Shown here: piece by piece, positions 39,924-50,088 of the stretch
How positions within the stretch are numbered: the first letter of the stretch is position 1
Layout of the letters: each line of letters opens with the position of its first letter
Source: Desulfobacterales bacterium
GTDB taxonomy: Bacteria > Desulfobacterota > Desulfobacteria > Desulfobacterales > UBA2174
Reading direction: 5' to 3'
DNA: 64,000 nt
Assembly (NCBI GenBank): GCA_963668645.2
Contig: CAXXWC010000010.1
Location: 384,001 to 448,000, forward strand
Notes under the pieces: model-generated
Seen by the model: only the letters and a program-made list of their open reading frames with translations
Databases searched by the model: none
What the model was told of the DNA's origin: nothing
Program-made: the position numbers and the translations under genes

Positions 39924-40427
39924 GTGAAAAATTCAGATGTAGAAAAGGACACTGGAGAGTTGGGCACCATTCTTCAAATCACAGTGAACGGACGAGGATA
40001 CCGGGTACTGATCGAGCCGCAGTGGACCTTGTCGTTCGTTCTCAGAGACAAGCTGGGGCTTACGGGAACAAAGATAGCTTGCGATCAAGGAGCCTGCGGC
40101 GCTTGTACGGTCATCATGGATGGCCGTCCGATTCTGTCCTGCATGACACTGGCAATCGATTGCCAAGGCAAGTCAATTCAGACGATCGAGGGAGTCGCCA
40201 GTGAGAATCATCCCATTTTAGATGCATGGGTCAATACCGAGTCGGTGCAGTGCGGGTACTGCACCCCGGGTGCCATCATGAACGCCAAGGCCCTGCTGGA
40301 CAGAAACCCGAATCCGAACGAAGAAGAAATCCGGGATGCGCTGTCAGGAAATATCTGCAGGTGCGGCACTTATCCTCGGTGGGTAAATGCGGTCAAAGCC
40401 GCTGCACAGGGAGGTAAAAATGACTGA
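39924..40427 (+). CDS. 2Fe-2S small subunit of a xanthine dehydrogenase-family enzyme
   Basis: RBS GGAGGAGG, 'GLTGTKIACDQGACGACTV', 'QCGYCTPG', 'GNICRCG'. Confidence 0.93.
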   Translation: MKNSDVEKDTGELGTILQITVNGRGYRVLIEPQWTLSFVLRDKLGLTGTKIACDQGACGACTVIMDGRPILSCMTLAIDCQGKSIQTIEGVASENHPILDAWVNTESVQCGYCTPGAIMNAKALLDRNPNPNEEEIRDALSGNICRCGTYPRWVNAVKAAAQGGKND

Positions 40428-42774
40428 AGACGCACGCGAACTCTATGAAAAAATGGTTTCCGAAGTTCCGTATAAAACCGATGATTTCCAATATATCGGT
40501 AAAAACACCCCGCGATTCGATGCCGTGGCCAAAGTGCGGGGTGAAGCGAATTTTTCCACCGATACCATGCTTCCTGGAATGCTTTACGGCAAGGTCATGC
40601 GAAGTCCATATGCCCATGCAAGAATCAAAAGCATCGATGTGAGCAAGGCAAAGGCGCTTCCCGGCGTGCATGCGGTCATCACGGTGGATGACGACGATGT
40701 CAAGGACATCGACCCCAGGGAACTGGTGGCCCCGTGGGATCTTGGATGGGTCGGAAAGGGATGGGAAGAGGCGGTCTTTGCAGAGCCGGTTTTGGCCCGG
40801 GAAGTATGGCGGGCATGGGAGCAGTGCGGGGCGGCAGTAGCGGCTGAAAGCCCGGATATTGCCAAAGAGGCAATCAATCTCATCAAAGTTGAATGGGAGG
40901 TGCTGCCGTACAACCTTGAAATGGCGGACGCGGTTAATTCTCAAGAGACCGGCCCTTTTGAAGGGAACATCATGACTCCCTTTGAAAGGGAGCTTGGAGA
41001 TGTGGAAGCCGGTTTCAAGGAAGCCGATGTTATCGTAGAGGGAAAAGCACGCTGGGCGCCCGTTCCCATGACGGCGATCGAGACCAAATGCTCCACGGCC
41101 AAGTGGGAAGGCGATGAGCTGAATCTGTGGTTTCGCGGACAGCAGGTACGCCCGTCGCTGAAAAAATATGGCCGTGCACTGAAAATGCCCGCTTCCAAGG
41201 TGCGGGTTTTCGAACCGTACCAGGGCGGCTCCTTTGGTCAGATGTTTACGGCCGGCATCGAAGACACCCGGACCGATTTGATTGCCGCACTGTTGGCAAG
41301 GCGCACACGCCGACCGGTGAAAATTCAAATGAACCGTTACGAGAACGTGTTCGGCACCGACTGGGAGATGACGTTCGACTATAAAATCGGCGCAAAAAGT
41401 GATGGGACGATCACCGCATGGAAGATTGTCGATTACTGCAGCGGTTGTGTCGGCGGAAGCAGTACCCTGCAGGGCTTCGGCCTTCCCGGCAACTGGGCAA
41501 GAGACGAACTGAAATGTGAAAACAATTCCGAAAATACCAAGGTGGTGTTTGTCAACCGGCAGCCGACTTGGTGGTTTCGCTCCGAGCAGAATCAACCGGC
41601 GGTGGTTCTTGACACCATTATCCAGCGCGTTGCAGACAAACTGGAAATGGATCCCGGCGACGTTTACCTGAAAAACCTTAAGGTTCCCGATCCGAGTGCC
41701 AGAGCAGCCGTTGCAAAGGTTAAGGCCGAATCGGACTGGGACAACAAATGGCACAAGCCGGGGGAAAAAACCCTGCCCAACGGGAAAAAGCACGGCATCG
41801 GCATCGTCTACTCCCATTCCTGGGGCAATTACACGGACTTTAACAACTCCATCGGACTTAAGATCGAAGGTGACGGCACTTGCACTCTTTTGAGCGTCAA
41901 GGATGACATCGGCACGACGCCGCATACGACCTATGCCGCGATTGTCGCCGATGAAATGGGGCTCGACTTCAACGACGTCCACTATCCCGCCTGCCAGTCC
42001 ACCGACACCGGCTACATGCTCCAGGGCGGTGGAGGTGCCGCAAGTTTACACGGCAACTCCTGGGTCTGCATTAAACTTGCTCGCAAGGCGAAAAAAGAAC
42101 TTTTGGAACTGATCGCACCGAAGTTTGAAGAAGGAATAAAACCCGAAGATCTGGATATGAAATACAGCATGGTTTTTGCGAAATCGAATCCGGATCAGAA
42201 AAAATCGTTGAAGGATCTTCTACACTCCGTACTCGATCCGAACTCTCCGGATCAGACCCTAACTGTCGGCGCCCGAGTAGAGGGAAGGGGCTGGTCAGAA
42301 GAAAACGTGTCTGAGATCTTTGTCCCATACCAGTGCTACCAGGCTCATGCGGTGGAAGTCGAGGTGGATGTGGAAACCGGTGGGGTGGATGTCGTCAACA
42401 TCACCAATGTATCGGATGTCGGCAAGGTGATCCGACCCGAATCGGTCCACGGCCAACTATACGGCGGAGACACCATGGGGTTGGAACGGGGGCTCACCCA
42501 GGACGCTATTTACGATCCGGCGACCGGCGTCATGTTAAACGGCGACTTTATCTACGGACCAGTCGCGTCGATGGGCGAAATCAACAACGTTCAGACGCAT
42601 GCCCTGGAGATCGGACACGCTCCGGGGCCCTACGGTCTGGTCGGTGTCGGAGAGTCGACCGCCAATCTGCTGTTTTGTGCCATCAACAGCGCCGTTTACA
42701 ACGCCATTGGGAAATGGATCGATGAGTATCCGCTTACCCCAGACAAGATCCTTGCTGCTCTGGGCAAGGCATAG
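40420..42774 (+). CDS. Molybdopterin-binding large subunit, xanthine dehydrogenase/aldehyde oxidoreductase family
   Basis: 'KVRGEA.F..D..LPGMLY....RSPYAHARI', 'GGSFG', 'VEVEVDVETG', 'GPYG..GVGE', 'PLTPDKIL'. Confidence 0.92.
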   Translation: MTEDARELYEKMVSEVPYKTDDFQYIGKNTPRFDAVAKVRGEANFSTDTMLPGMLYGKVMRSPYAHARIKSIDVSKAKALPGVHAVITVDDDDVKDIDPRELVAPWDLGWVGKGWEEAVFAEPVLAREVWRAWEQCGAAVAAESPDIAKEAINLIKVEWEVLPYNLEMADAVNSQETGPFEGNIMTPFERELGDVEAGFKEADVIVEGKARWAPVPMTAIETKCSTAKWEGDELNLWFRGQQVRPSLKKYGRALKMPASKVRVFEPYQGGSFGQMFTAGIEDTRTDLIAALLARRTRRPVKIQMNRYENVFGTDWEMTFDYKIGAKSDGTITAWKIVDYCSGCVGGSSTLQGFGLPGNWARDELKCENNSENTKVVFVNRQPTWWFRSEQNQPAVVLDTIIQRVADKLEMDPGDVYLKNLKVPDPSARAAVAKVKAESDWDNKWHKPGEKTLPNGKKHGIGIVYSHSWGNYTDFNNSIGLKIEGDGTCTLLSVKDDIGTTPHTTYAAIVADEMGLDFNDVHYPACQSTDTGYMLQGGGGAASLHGNSWVCIKLARKAKKELLELIAPKFEEGIKPEDLDMKYSMVFAKSNPDQKKSLKDLLHSVLDPNSPDQTLTVGARVEGRGWSEENVSEIFVPYQCYQAHAVEVEVDVETGGVDVVNITNVSDVGKVIRPESVHGQLYGGDTMGLERGLTQDAIYDPATGVMLNGDFIYGPVASMGEINNVQTHALEIGHAPGPYGLVGVGESTANLLFCAINSAVYNAIGKWIDEYPLTPDKILAALGKA

Positions 42775-42784
42775 GAGATAGAAG

Positions 42785-45121
42785 ATGAAAAAATTCAGAT
42801 ATTTTAATGCAGCGACAGCACAAGATGCGGTTTCTGTTCTGAATCAGTACAAGGGAGTGTCAAAAATTATCGCCGGCGGAACGGACGTATTGGGCCAAAT
42901 TAAAGATGAAATTCTTCCCGATTATCCGCAGGCCTTGGTGAACCTGAAGACAATCCCGGATCTTGACTACATCAAGGAAGAAGGCAAAACACTGAAGATC
43001 GGGCCCCTAACCCGGTTAGCCGACATCGCTGAAAACAAGACGATAAAGGAAAAATACACCGCTCTTGCCGAGGCGGCCCATCGAACGGCCTCCCCATCCA
43101 TTCGGGAGATGGGTACGATCGCCGGCAATATCTGTCAAAGCACTCGCTGCTGGTATTACTGGAACCCGGACAATCGTTTCGACTGCATGCGGAAGGGGGG
43201 CAGCGTCTGCTATGCCATGCTCGGCGAAGGAAGATATCATTCGATTTTCGGCGGCATGAGCGTGACAACACCACCTTGTGCGTCAAAATGTCCTGCTGGA
43301 ACTGATATTCCGTCCTATCTGGCCAAGATCCGGGAAGGAGAATTCGACGAAGCGGCCGAAATCCTGCTCGACTACAATCCACTGCCGTCCATCACCGGAA
43401 GGGTCTGCCCCCACTTTTGTGAAGGCTCGTGCAACCGAAACGATTTTGACGAGGCGGTTTCTGTAAACGCCGTTGAACGGTTCATGGGCGACTATATTCT
43501 CGATCATGCGGACCAGTTCTACAAGAAGCCCGAAACCGAGAAGAACAAGAAGGTAGCCATTGTGGGATCGGGGCCTGCGGGTTTGTCGGCAGCTTATTTT
43601 CTCCGGAGACTTGGTTACGGCGTGATGATTTTTGAGGAAATGGAGAAGCCAGGCGGAATGCTCTCTTACGGCATTCCGCCTTACAGACTGCCAAAGGACG
43701 TCGTTCAAAAACAGGTCGAAGCCCTCAAGGATACCGGGATTTCTTTGAAGCTGGGAGCCGCAGTTGGAAAAAACATCGATGTAGCCGCAATTATAAAGGA
43801 TTTTGACGCTGTGTTTCTTGCCGGCGGTGCCTGGAAGCAAAGACCGTCAGGAGTCGAGGGAGAATCTTCGATGCTGTCGGGGTTCGATTTTTTGAAGTCG
43901 TTTAATTCGGGAAGCCGGGACGTTCCCTGGAAAAAGGTGGCTGTAATCGGAGGCGGCAACGTCGCCATGGATGTGGCCAGAACGCTTTTGCGGATGGGCG
44001 TTGAACCGGTGGTCGTCTATCGGCGAACCGAAGCCGAGATGCCGGCCGTACGGGAAGAAATCGAGAAGGCCAAGGAGGAAAACATTCGATTCGATTTTCT
44101 GACCCAGCCGGTCAAATCTGCCAAAAATGGAAGCGGTGTGGTGCTGACCTGTATGAAGATGGAGCTTGGCGAACCGGACAAATCCGGCAGGCCGCGTCCG
44201 GTTCCCGTGGAGGGCTCCGAGTTCGACTGCGAATACGATGCCGTCTTTACGGCCATCGGTGAACTGCCAGACACAAAAGGACTGCCCGAAGAGTTTATCA
44301 GCCCAAAAGGATGGATAAAGACAGATCCATCCGACTGTTCGGTGGCAAAAAACGTTTTTGCAGGAGGCGATTTTGTTAGCGGACCGTCGACGGTCGTTCA
44401 GGCGATCGCGTCGGGTCGCAAAGCCGCAGACGCCATCAATTCGTTTCTGGGTGGAGACAAACCGGAAAAGACCCCTGCCGAAAGTCTGCCGGGAAGGTCC
44501 TTTGATCCTTCCTGCTTTCAAAAGAGTAAGGCAGCCAGATTCGAAGAGCTTTCCATTTCCGAAAGGATCAAGAGTGTCGATGTCGAGGAAGCGGCCGGAT
44601 TAAAGGTGGATGAGGCCTGTGGCGAGGCAAACAGATGCATGAACTGCTCCTGCCTGGCTGTAAACAATTCGGATATCGCACCGGCGCTGATCGCACTGGA
44701 TGCCAAAATCCAGACTACCCGAAGAACTATCGAGGCAGAGAATTTTTTCACCGCCGGAATCGAAAAATCGACGGTACTGGAAGACGATGAACTGGTAACC
44801 GAAATCCAGGTGCCGGCCGGTTCCTTCAAAAGCAGTTTTCTCAAGTTTGCCCTGAGAAAATCGATCGACTTTCCGATCGTCAATTGCGCTGTCATGGTCG
44901 ACCAGGATCGGAACGCGCGAATTTGTATCAATTCAGTCTACAACATCCCATGCAGGGCTACAGACGCTGAGAAGGTCATAACCGGAAAAGAGATCGACAA
45001 AAAATGGGCAGAGGCTGCGGCAGATACGGCCGTTGGCGGCAACGTTGAATTTCCCAAAAGCCGGTATAAGGTGCAGATCGCTAGGGCATTAGTGAAACGG
45101 GCTCTGCTGGCCTGCAAGTAA
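42785..45121 (+). CDS. FAD-binding subunit (PaoB/HcrB type) with inserted GltD-like FeS-flavin module
   Basis: 'IAGGTD', 'IREMGTIAGN..Q..RC.YY', then 'PPCASKCP..NPLP..TGRVCPHFCE..C', GSGPAG, GGGNVAMD, 'GGD...GP', then 'SDIAPAL', 'KFALRKSIDF'. Confidence 0.9.
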   Translation: MKKFRYFNAATAQDAVSVLNQYKGVSKIIAGGTDVLGQIKDEILPDYPQALVNLKTIPDLDYIKEEGKTLKIGPLTRLADIAENKTIKEKYTALAEAAHRTASPSIREMGTIAGNICQSTRCWYYWNPDNRFDCMRKGGSVCYAMLGEGRYHSIFGGMSVTTPPCASKCPAGTDIPSYLAKIREGEFDEAAEILLDYNPLPSITGRVCPHFCEGSCNRNDFDEAVSVNAVERFMGDYILDHADQFYKKPETEKNKKVAIVGSGPAGLSAAYFLRRLGYGVMIFEEMEKPGGMLSYGIPPYRLPKDVVQKQVEALKDTGISLKLGAAVGKNIDVAAIIKDFDAVFLAGGAWKQRPSGVEGESSMLSGFDFLKSFNSGSRDVPWKKVAVIGGGNVAMDVARTLLRMGVEPVVVYRRTEAEMPAVREEIEKAKEENIRFDFLTQPVKSAKNGSGVVLTCMKMELGEPDKSGRPRPVPVEGSEFDCEYDAVFTAIGELPDTKGLPEEFISPKGWIKTDPSDCSVAKNVFAGGDFVSGPSTVVQAIASGRKAADAINSFLGGDKPEKTPAESLPGRSFDPSCFQKSKAARFEELSISERIKSVDVEEAAGLKVDEACGEANRCMNCSCLAVNNSDIAPALIALDAKIQTTRRTIEAENFFTAGIEKSTVLEDDELVTEIQVPAGSFKSSFLKFALRKSIDFPIVNCAVMVDQDRNARICINSVYNIPCRATDAEKVITGKEIDKKWAEAAADTAVGGNVEFPKSRYKVQIARALVKRALLACK

Positions 45122-45164
45122 TTCAGCACGGATCATTTGAACCGAATAGCAAAAAAGGGTAGCC

Positions 45165-46214
45165 ATGACCGTGTCAAATAGCTGGCGCAAGGCGTATGGG
45201 CAGTTACAGGTGTATATTTCAAAAAACAGCGACATTGCAATCGATGCCGGATCTGTCGCGATTGCCGAGGATTTTCGCGCCGATTTCTATAGGTTGTTTG
45301 ACACGGTCAGAACCCTGGTGGTGAAGGAGTATTTTCCGGATCTGCTTGAAGAATCTGAATTGTTGAGCAGACAATATGTGAAAGCCGAAAAAGATGTTTT
45401 TGAAACCTGCGGGATTGAAAGTATAGTTACCGATACGGGGCTTGGAAAATTTCTTCATCATCCAGCAAGCGGCCTATCCCGCAGGTTGTTTGATCCGCTG
45501 TTTGATTTATTGAAAAGCAAGATCACCACGGAAGATTTTGAATCGGGTTTGTCAAAAACTATCGAAGAGACATTCGATCTGTATTATCGAGTCGGTTACC
45601 AAAGATGGGTTCAACTGTCGATGGTTACGATGCTTGAAGCCGATAGCTTTTTTGAGGTCACGCTTCGCAAACCCGGGTCCAAAGAGATCATAAAGCAGAC
45701 ACCCTCCTTGGAGAACGTTCCATCTCCGGTAAAAACAAACCGGCTGTCGTTCAAGCAGGACTCGGCTCCTATATTTGTCGTTCCGGATTTTATCTTCCGT
45801 TCAGGAAGAAAAAACCGTTACGTAGCCGTACGATCCGCCCTCACAGGCGCCTTGCGAAACGCCTCCAGTACCAGTGAAAAAAGGGAGTGGTATCCGGTTA
45901 AATCCATTCCGGAATTTGATCCGGATGCCATTTTTATCTATGTGGGCCAAAGCCCAAAGGAGATTTCGCTGGTGGCGGACATGACGAAAATTTGCAGACC
46001 GGACCTGATACTCTTTTGTCGGGAGAAGAAGAACTGGTTTGAAAAAAATGGGTCAGAAAAATTCAAAAAAATCACCGACGGACTCAAACCCAAGTCCGGA
46101 ATCTATGTAATCTCAAGAGACGACATTGTACCCAGAAGTAAAATCGAGAATGTTACACTTTTATCTGTTGGATTAGATAAGATCCGGCTATCTGCCATTT
46201 CAGACGCGATTTAA
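45165..46214 (+). CDS. Hypothetical protein
   Basis: 349-aa ORF co-oriented with the operon, RBS-like AAGGG; no motif recognised. Confidence 0.7.
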   Translation: MTVSNSWRKAYGQLQVYISKNSDIAIDAGSVAIAEDFRADFYRLFDTVRTLVVKEYFPDLLEESELLSRQYVKAEKDVFETCGIESIVTDTGLGKFLHHPASGLSRRLFDPLFDLLKSKITTEDFESGLSKTIEETFDLYYRVGYQRWVQLSMVTMLEADSFFEVTLRKPGSKEIIKQTPSLENVPSPVKTNRLSFKQDSAPIFVVPDFIFRSGRKNRYVAVRSALTGALRNASSTSEKREWYPVKSIPEFDPDAIFIYVGQSPKEISLVADMTKICRPDLILFCREKKNWFEKNGSEKFKKITDGLKPKSGIYVISRDDIVPRSKIENVTLLSVGLDKIRLSAISDAI

Positions 46215-46335
46215 AATTTCAGGCATTGGATTTTTTATTTTTTAAGCACAATACGCGCATCCGGTCGTTTCCCCAGTCTGTTTTCTAACGAGGTCCGATC
46301 AACGGAGCCGATTTGATTCGAAAAGTAAACAACTT

Positions 46336-46447
46336 TGACTCGTTCGTAAAAAGTCGGATTTTTGAATTTCCGCCGCTGTAACTTATTGAAATCATTCGGC
46401 CTAAAATCTGGAAGTTGCCGTTTTTCAGACTTTTTACGAGAGAGTCA
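46336..46447. repeat. Short inverted-repeat-bounded (MITE/REP-like) element
   Basis: TGACTCGTTCGTAAAAAGTC...GACTTTTTACGAGAGAGTCA. Confidence 0.65.
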
Positions 46448-46570
46448 GTTTTGACTCAAGCATTGAACTTGGCAGGTTTACTTCGATAACACCCGATGTT
46501 CGATGGCTTCGCAATGCGGGATCGAGAGACAAACGGAAATCTTGGACACGAAAGCAGGAGGAGAATCGCG

Positions 46571-47530
46571 ATGGAAGCTTGGAGCCTGAATACACTGTTT
46601 ATTTGTTTTGGCGGAGGAATTGTCGGAACCGCTTTGGGGGGGCTGTTTTCCTTTGTCGCCTGCGGTTTCATCGTCATCCTGGGCTGTGCAGTGGTGCTGA
46701 CCGGGGGGCCTGATTTTATCCTTTTGCAAATCGGCCTCGGACCTGGTTTCGGTCCTCATGTGGGCGGATTTACGGCCGCCTGCGTGGCCGGAACCTATGC
46801 GGCCGGGGTAAAAAAGAATCATCCGGGCGGGGCGGGAAAAGATATCCTCTCCCCGCTCATGGAAAGCTCCTGGGACGTATTGCTTGTGGGCGGAATCGCT
46901 GCCTTGATCGGCCACGCAATGCTGCAATTGTTGATTAAAATTCCGGTCATCAACATGGCCGACTGTGTTGCACTGACCGTGATGATTCTCTCTTTGGGCG
47001 CCCGTTTGCTGTTCCAACAGGAAATGCCCTGGGGAAACATGGAGTCCATCAGAAAGACGGGATATCTGAAGCCCTGCCCGGACCGCTGGTGCCCCTGGAA
47101 CGCGACTTGGGGAAGGATCGTAATGCTGGGCCTCGGGGTCGGCCTGTTTTCCGGTGCCATTGCGATGGGAGCACAGCAATTGTTGGCACCCCTGGTTGAA
47201 AAAGGAACGGTTTCACCCACCGCGGCCTTCATTGTACCGTTGATCACCGGATGGGCATTGGGGGCCATCAGCCTGGTCGGGTTGAATTTCGGGACCGGTC
47301 AGATTCAGAAATTTCCAATTACCCACTGCCAAGCAATCCTCGGCGCATTGTCGTATCTGCTGTTCGGGTCCCTCGCGGTGTCTGGCATCGTCGGCATCCT
47401 TGCCGGCGCGCTGCAGGAGCTTATGGCCCGCATGTTCTGGAACCACGGCAGCAATCATGTGGATCCGCCGGCCTGCGGAATCGCCATCGGCACGCTTCTT
47501 CTCAACAGCGTCAAATTTCTAATCGGATAG
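46571..47530 (+). CDS. Gly-rich polytopic membrane protein, possible permease
   Basis: RBS AGGAGG; many hydrophobic segments, 'FGPHVGGF', 'PITH', 'HVDPPA'. Confidence 0.8.
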   Translation: MEAWSLNTLFICFGGGIVGTALGGLFSFVACGFIVILGCAVVLTGGPDFILLQIGLGPGFGPHVGGFTAACVAGTYAAGVKKNHPGGAGKDILSPLMESSWDVLLVGGIAALIGHAMLQLLIKIPVINMADCVALTVMILSLGARLLFQQEMPWGNMESIRKTGYLKPCPDRWCPWNATWGRIVMLGLGVGLFSGAIAMGAQQLLAPLVEKGTVSPTAAFIVPLITGWALGAISLVGLNFGTGQIQKFPITHCQAILGALSYLLFGSLAVSGIVGILAGALQELMARMFWNHGSNHVDPPACGIAIGTLLLNSVKFLIG

Positions 47531-47706
47531 CCGTTTTTGTGCAACAAACCCAACATATGGAGATTGGAAAATTTAGTGGACCGAAGCGCACCGCAACCGA
47601 CCCCGTGAGGAACTGCCCGGTGCATCAATAAATGTGAAAAATGGCGGCAGAAGGGGCTATCCATGCGCCTTCTGCCCGCCTTCGAAAAAAACTGGTGAAG
47701 GACTGG

Positions 47707-48678
47707 ATGAAAATTGAAACAGCAAAAGGAAGGATAAAGCCGGTGGCACAACAAAATTCAGGAACGAAAAAGGCCCTGGACAAGTGCATGAGCCTTCAAG
47801 AGGCCATTTCCCGCTTCGTCCACGATCAGGACAAGATTTCTTTTGGCGGCATGGGTGGAATTCAGTCGGTGGCCCCAACCTATGAAATTATTCGTCAGGG
47901 ACAAAAGGAATTGACGTTGATCGGAGACAGCCCCTGCGAATGCGCAGATCTGTTTATCGGAACCGGGCGCCTGAAACGGGTCGAAGTTGCGTGGATCGCC
48001 TATGCCATCGCCGGAATCAGTCCATGCTACCGGCGGGCTGTGGAAAAACAGATCCCCCGGCCGATCGAAGTGGTCGAATTTTCCAATTTTACTATGGGGA
48101 TGCGCTTTTTAGCTGGCGCCATGGGGATTCCTTTCATGCCGACCAAGTCCCTGCGTGGGTCATCGATCGAGGAGTTCAATGACATGATCAAGGTTGTCGA
48201 CGACCCATACAGCAACCGGAAAATAACATTGGTACCAGCCGCCAATCCGGATGTGGCGATCATCCATGCCAACCGGGCGGACCGATACGGAAACACCCAG
48301 TTTCTCGGATTCTCGTCCAATGCCGAAAATATCGCCAGAGCCGCCAAACATACCATCATCACCTGCGAGGAAATCGTTTCCGTGGATGAAATCCGTGAAG
48401 CATCGTTTTTGACAAGCATTCCGCAGTATGTGGTCGATGCCGTGGTGGAAGTCCCGTTCGGAACCCATCCATGGAACATGCCCTATGCCATGGCTTACGA
48501 TATTCCCTTTCATATGAATATGATGTCGCGGATTGCCACAGAGGAAGGATTTAACGAGTGGATACAGGAATGGGCGTTCGGCTGCAAAAATCATGACGAC
48601 TACTGCGCCAAGGTCGGCTGGAATCGTCTGATGAAACTGAACCGTCTGGAAAAGAAATTTTGCCGCAGCAGATTTTAG
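47707..48678 (+). CDS. CoA transferase subunit A (glutaconate CoA-transferase GctA-like)
   Basis: 'MSLQEAISRFVHD', 'EIIRQG', 'AGAMGIPFMP', 'PDVAIIH..RADRYGN'; start uncertain. Confidence 0.9.
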   Translation: MKIETAKGRIKPVAQQNSGTKKALDKCMSLQEAISRFVHDQDKISFGGMGGIQSVAPTYEIIRQGQKELTLIGDSPCECADLFIGTGRLKRVEVAWIAYAIAGISPCYRRAVEKQIPRPIEVVEFSNFTMGMRFLAGAMGIPFMPTKSLRGSSIEEFNDMIKVVDDPYSNRKITLVPAANPDVAIIHANRADRYGNTQFLGFSSNAENIARAAKHTIITCEEIVSVDEIREASFLTSIPQYVVDAVVEVPFGTHPWNMPYAMAYDIPFHMNMMSRIATEEGFNEWIQEWAFGCKNHDDYCAKVGWNRLMKLNRLEKKFCRSRF

Positions 48679-48730
48679 CGTCGAAATACGAACCCGACAA
48701 ACGCGTCTGAGCATATCGAAAGGAGACACA

Positions 48731-49588
48731 ATGCAAAGCACCGGTGATTACAGCCTGCAGGAACTGATGGTTGTGGCTGCGGCGAGGGAAATACAAGAAA
48801 GCGAAGTGGTCTTTGTGGGCGTAGGAATTCCATGCCTAGGGGCATTGGTGGCAAAACTGACCCATGCCCCCAATGTTATATTGGCGGTTGAATCGGGCTG
48901 TATCGGCCCCCTGCCGAACCGATTGATGCTCGGTATCGGAGACAATTCCTGCGTGGAAAATGCGATATCGACGACATCTTTATGGCGCACCTTTGCCGAT
49001 CAACAGAGAGGATATTTTGATCTTGGCATGCTCGGCGGTGCCCAAGTGGACAAATACGGAAACTTAAACAGTACCGCAATTTTTGCCGGGGGAAACTATC
49101 AAAAACCACGTGTACGGCTGCCGGGAAGCGGCGGGGCAAACGATATCGCCTGTTCGGCCAAAAGAACCCTGATCATGATGGATCAGCAAAAACGGCGGTT
49201 TCTTGAAAAAGTGGACTACATCACTTCGCCCGGCTATCTGGACGGGCCCGGTGCAAGGCAGAAATACGGATATACCGGTGACGGTCCGTCGGTGATTATC
49301 ACCAACATGGGAATTTTCCGCTTCGATGAGGAAACCAAAGAAGCCTATCTGGATTCGGTGCATCCCGGGCTCGATGTGGACGAGGTCGCCGCCGAGGTCA
49401 GCTGGGACCTGAAAGTAGCGTCCGATGTAAAGATGACCTCACCGCCTAGCGCTGAGGAAGTTGAGATTATCAGAACGTTGGACGAGATGAAGATCTACAC
49501 TGGAAGTGGCCTACAAAACCTTGGCTTTGAAGAGTATATCCGCAGCCTTGAAAGCTCTCAGCGCAAGCTAAAGGAGATGTTTGCATAG
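48731..49588 (+). CDS. CoA transferase subunit B (GctB-like)
   Basis: 'FVGVGIP', 'ESG' (catalytic Glu position), 'LGGAQVDKYGNLNST', 'RLPGSGGAND'. Confidence 0.92.
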   Translation: MQSTGDYSLQELMVVAAAREIQESEVVFVGVGIPCLGALVAKLTHAPNVILAVESGCIGPLPNRLMLGIGDNSCVENAISTTSLWRTFADQQRGYFDLGMLGGAQVDKYGNLNSTAIFAGGNYQKPRVRLPGSGGANDIACSAKRTLIMMDQQKRRFLEKVDYITSPGYLDGPGARQKYGYTGDGPSVIITNMGIFRFDEETKEAYLDSVHPGLDVDEVAAEVSWDLKVASDVKMTSPPSAEEVEIIRTLDEMKIYTGSGLQNLGFEEYIRSLESSQRKLKEMFA

Positions 49589-49624
49589 AAGAATGATTGC
49601 GGCCGATTGCAATAGAAAAAGGGC

Positions 49625-50032
49625 GTGATCATACTGGCAGCCGGGACCGCCGACATGCCCGCAGCCGAAGAGGCCGCCATTACAGTTGAATTGATGGGAA
49701 ATGAGGCCGAAAAAATTTATGACGTGGGGGTGACCGGGCTGCACCGGCTGCTTGATGTGCTGCCCGCAATCCAGAGGGCGAATGTCCTTGTGGTGGTTGC
49801 AGGGATGGAAGGTGCGCTACCCAGCGTCGTCGGCGGACTTGTTTCGGCCCCAATCATCGCGCTGCCGACATCTGTCGGCTACGGAACCGGGATGGGCGGG
49901 CTCTCTGCGCTGCTGGGCATGTTGAACTCCTGTTCGGCCGGACTTGCCGTTGTCAACATCGATAACGGTTTCGGAGCAGGCTGTATGGCGGCAAGAATCA
50001 ACGCGTTGGCTCAAAAAGAGAATGCGGCGTGA
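49625..50032 (+). CDS. larB: LarB C-terminal (PurE/AIRC-like) domain only
   Basis: '[11 protein letters not shown]', 'DVGV.GLHRL', '[16 protein letters not shown]', 'PTSVGYG', 'MLNSC', '[10 protein letters not shown]'; N-terminal half absent (in-frame TAG at 49613). Confidence 0.85.
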   Translation: MIILAAGTADMPAAEEAAITVELMGNEAEKIYDVGVTGLHRLLDVLPAIQRANVLVVVAGMEGALPSVVGGLVSAPIIALPTSVGYGTGMGGLSALLGMLNSCSAGLAVVNIDNGFGAGCMAARINALAQKENAA

Positions 50033-50088
50033 ATAGCGGAAGATTATTCCATGAACCGTTTGGTGAGACCTATAGATCGGCACAGAAG

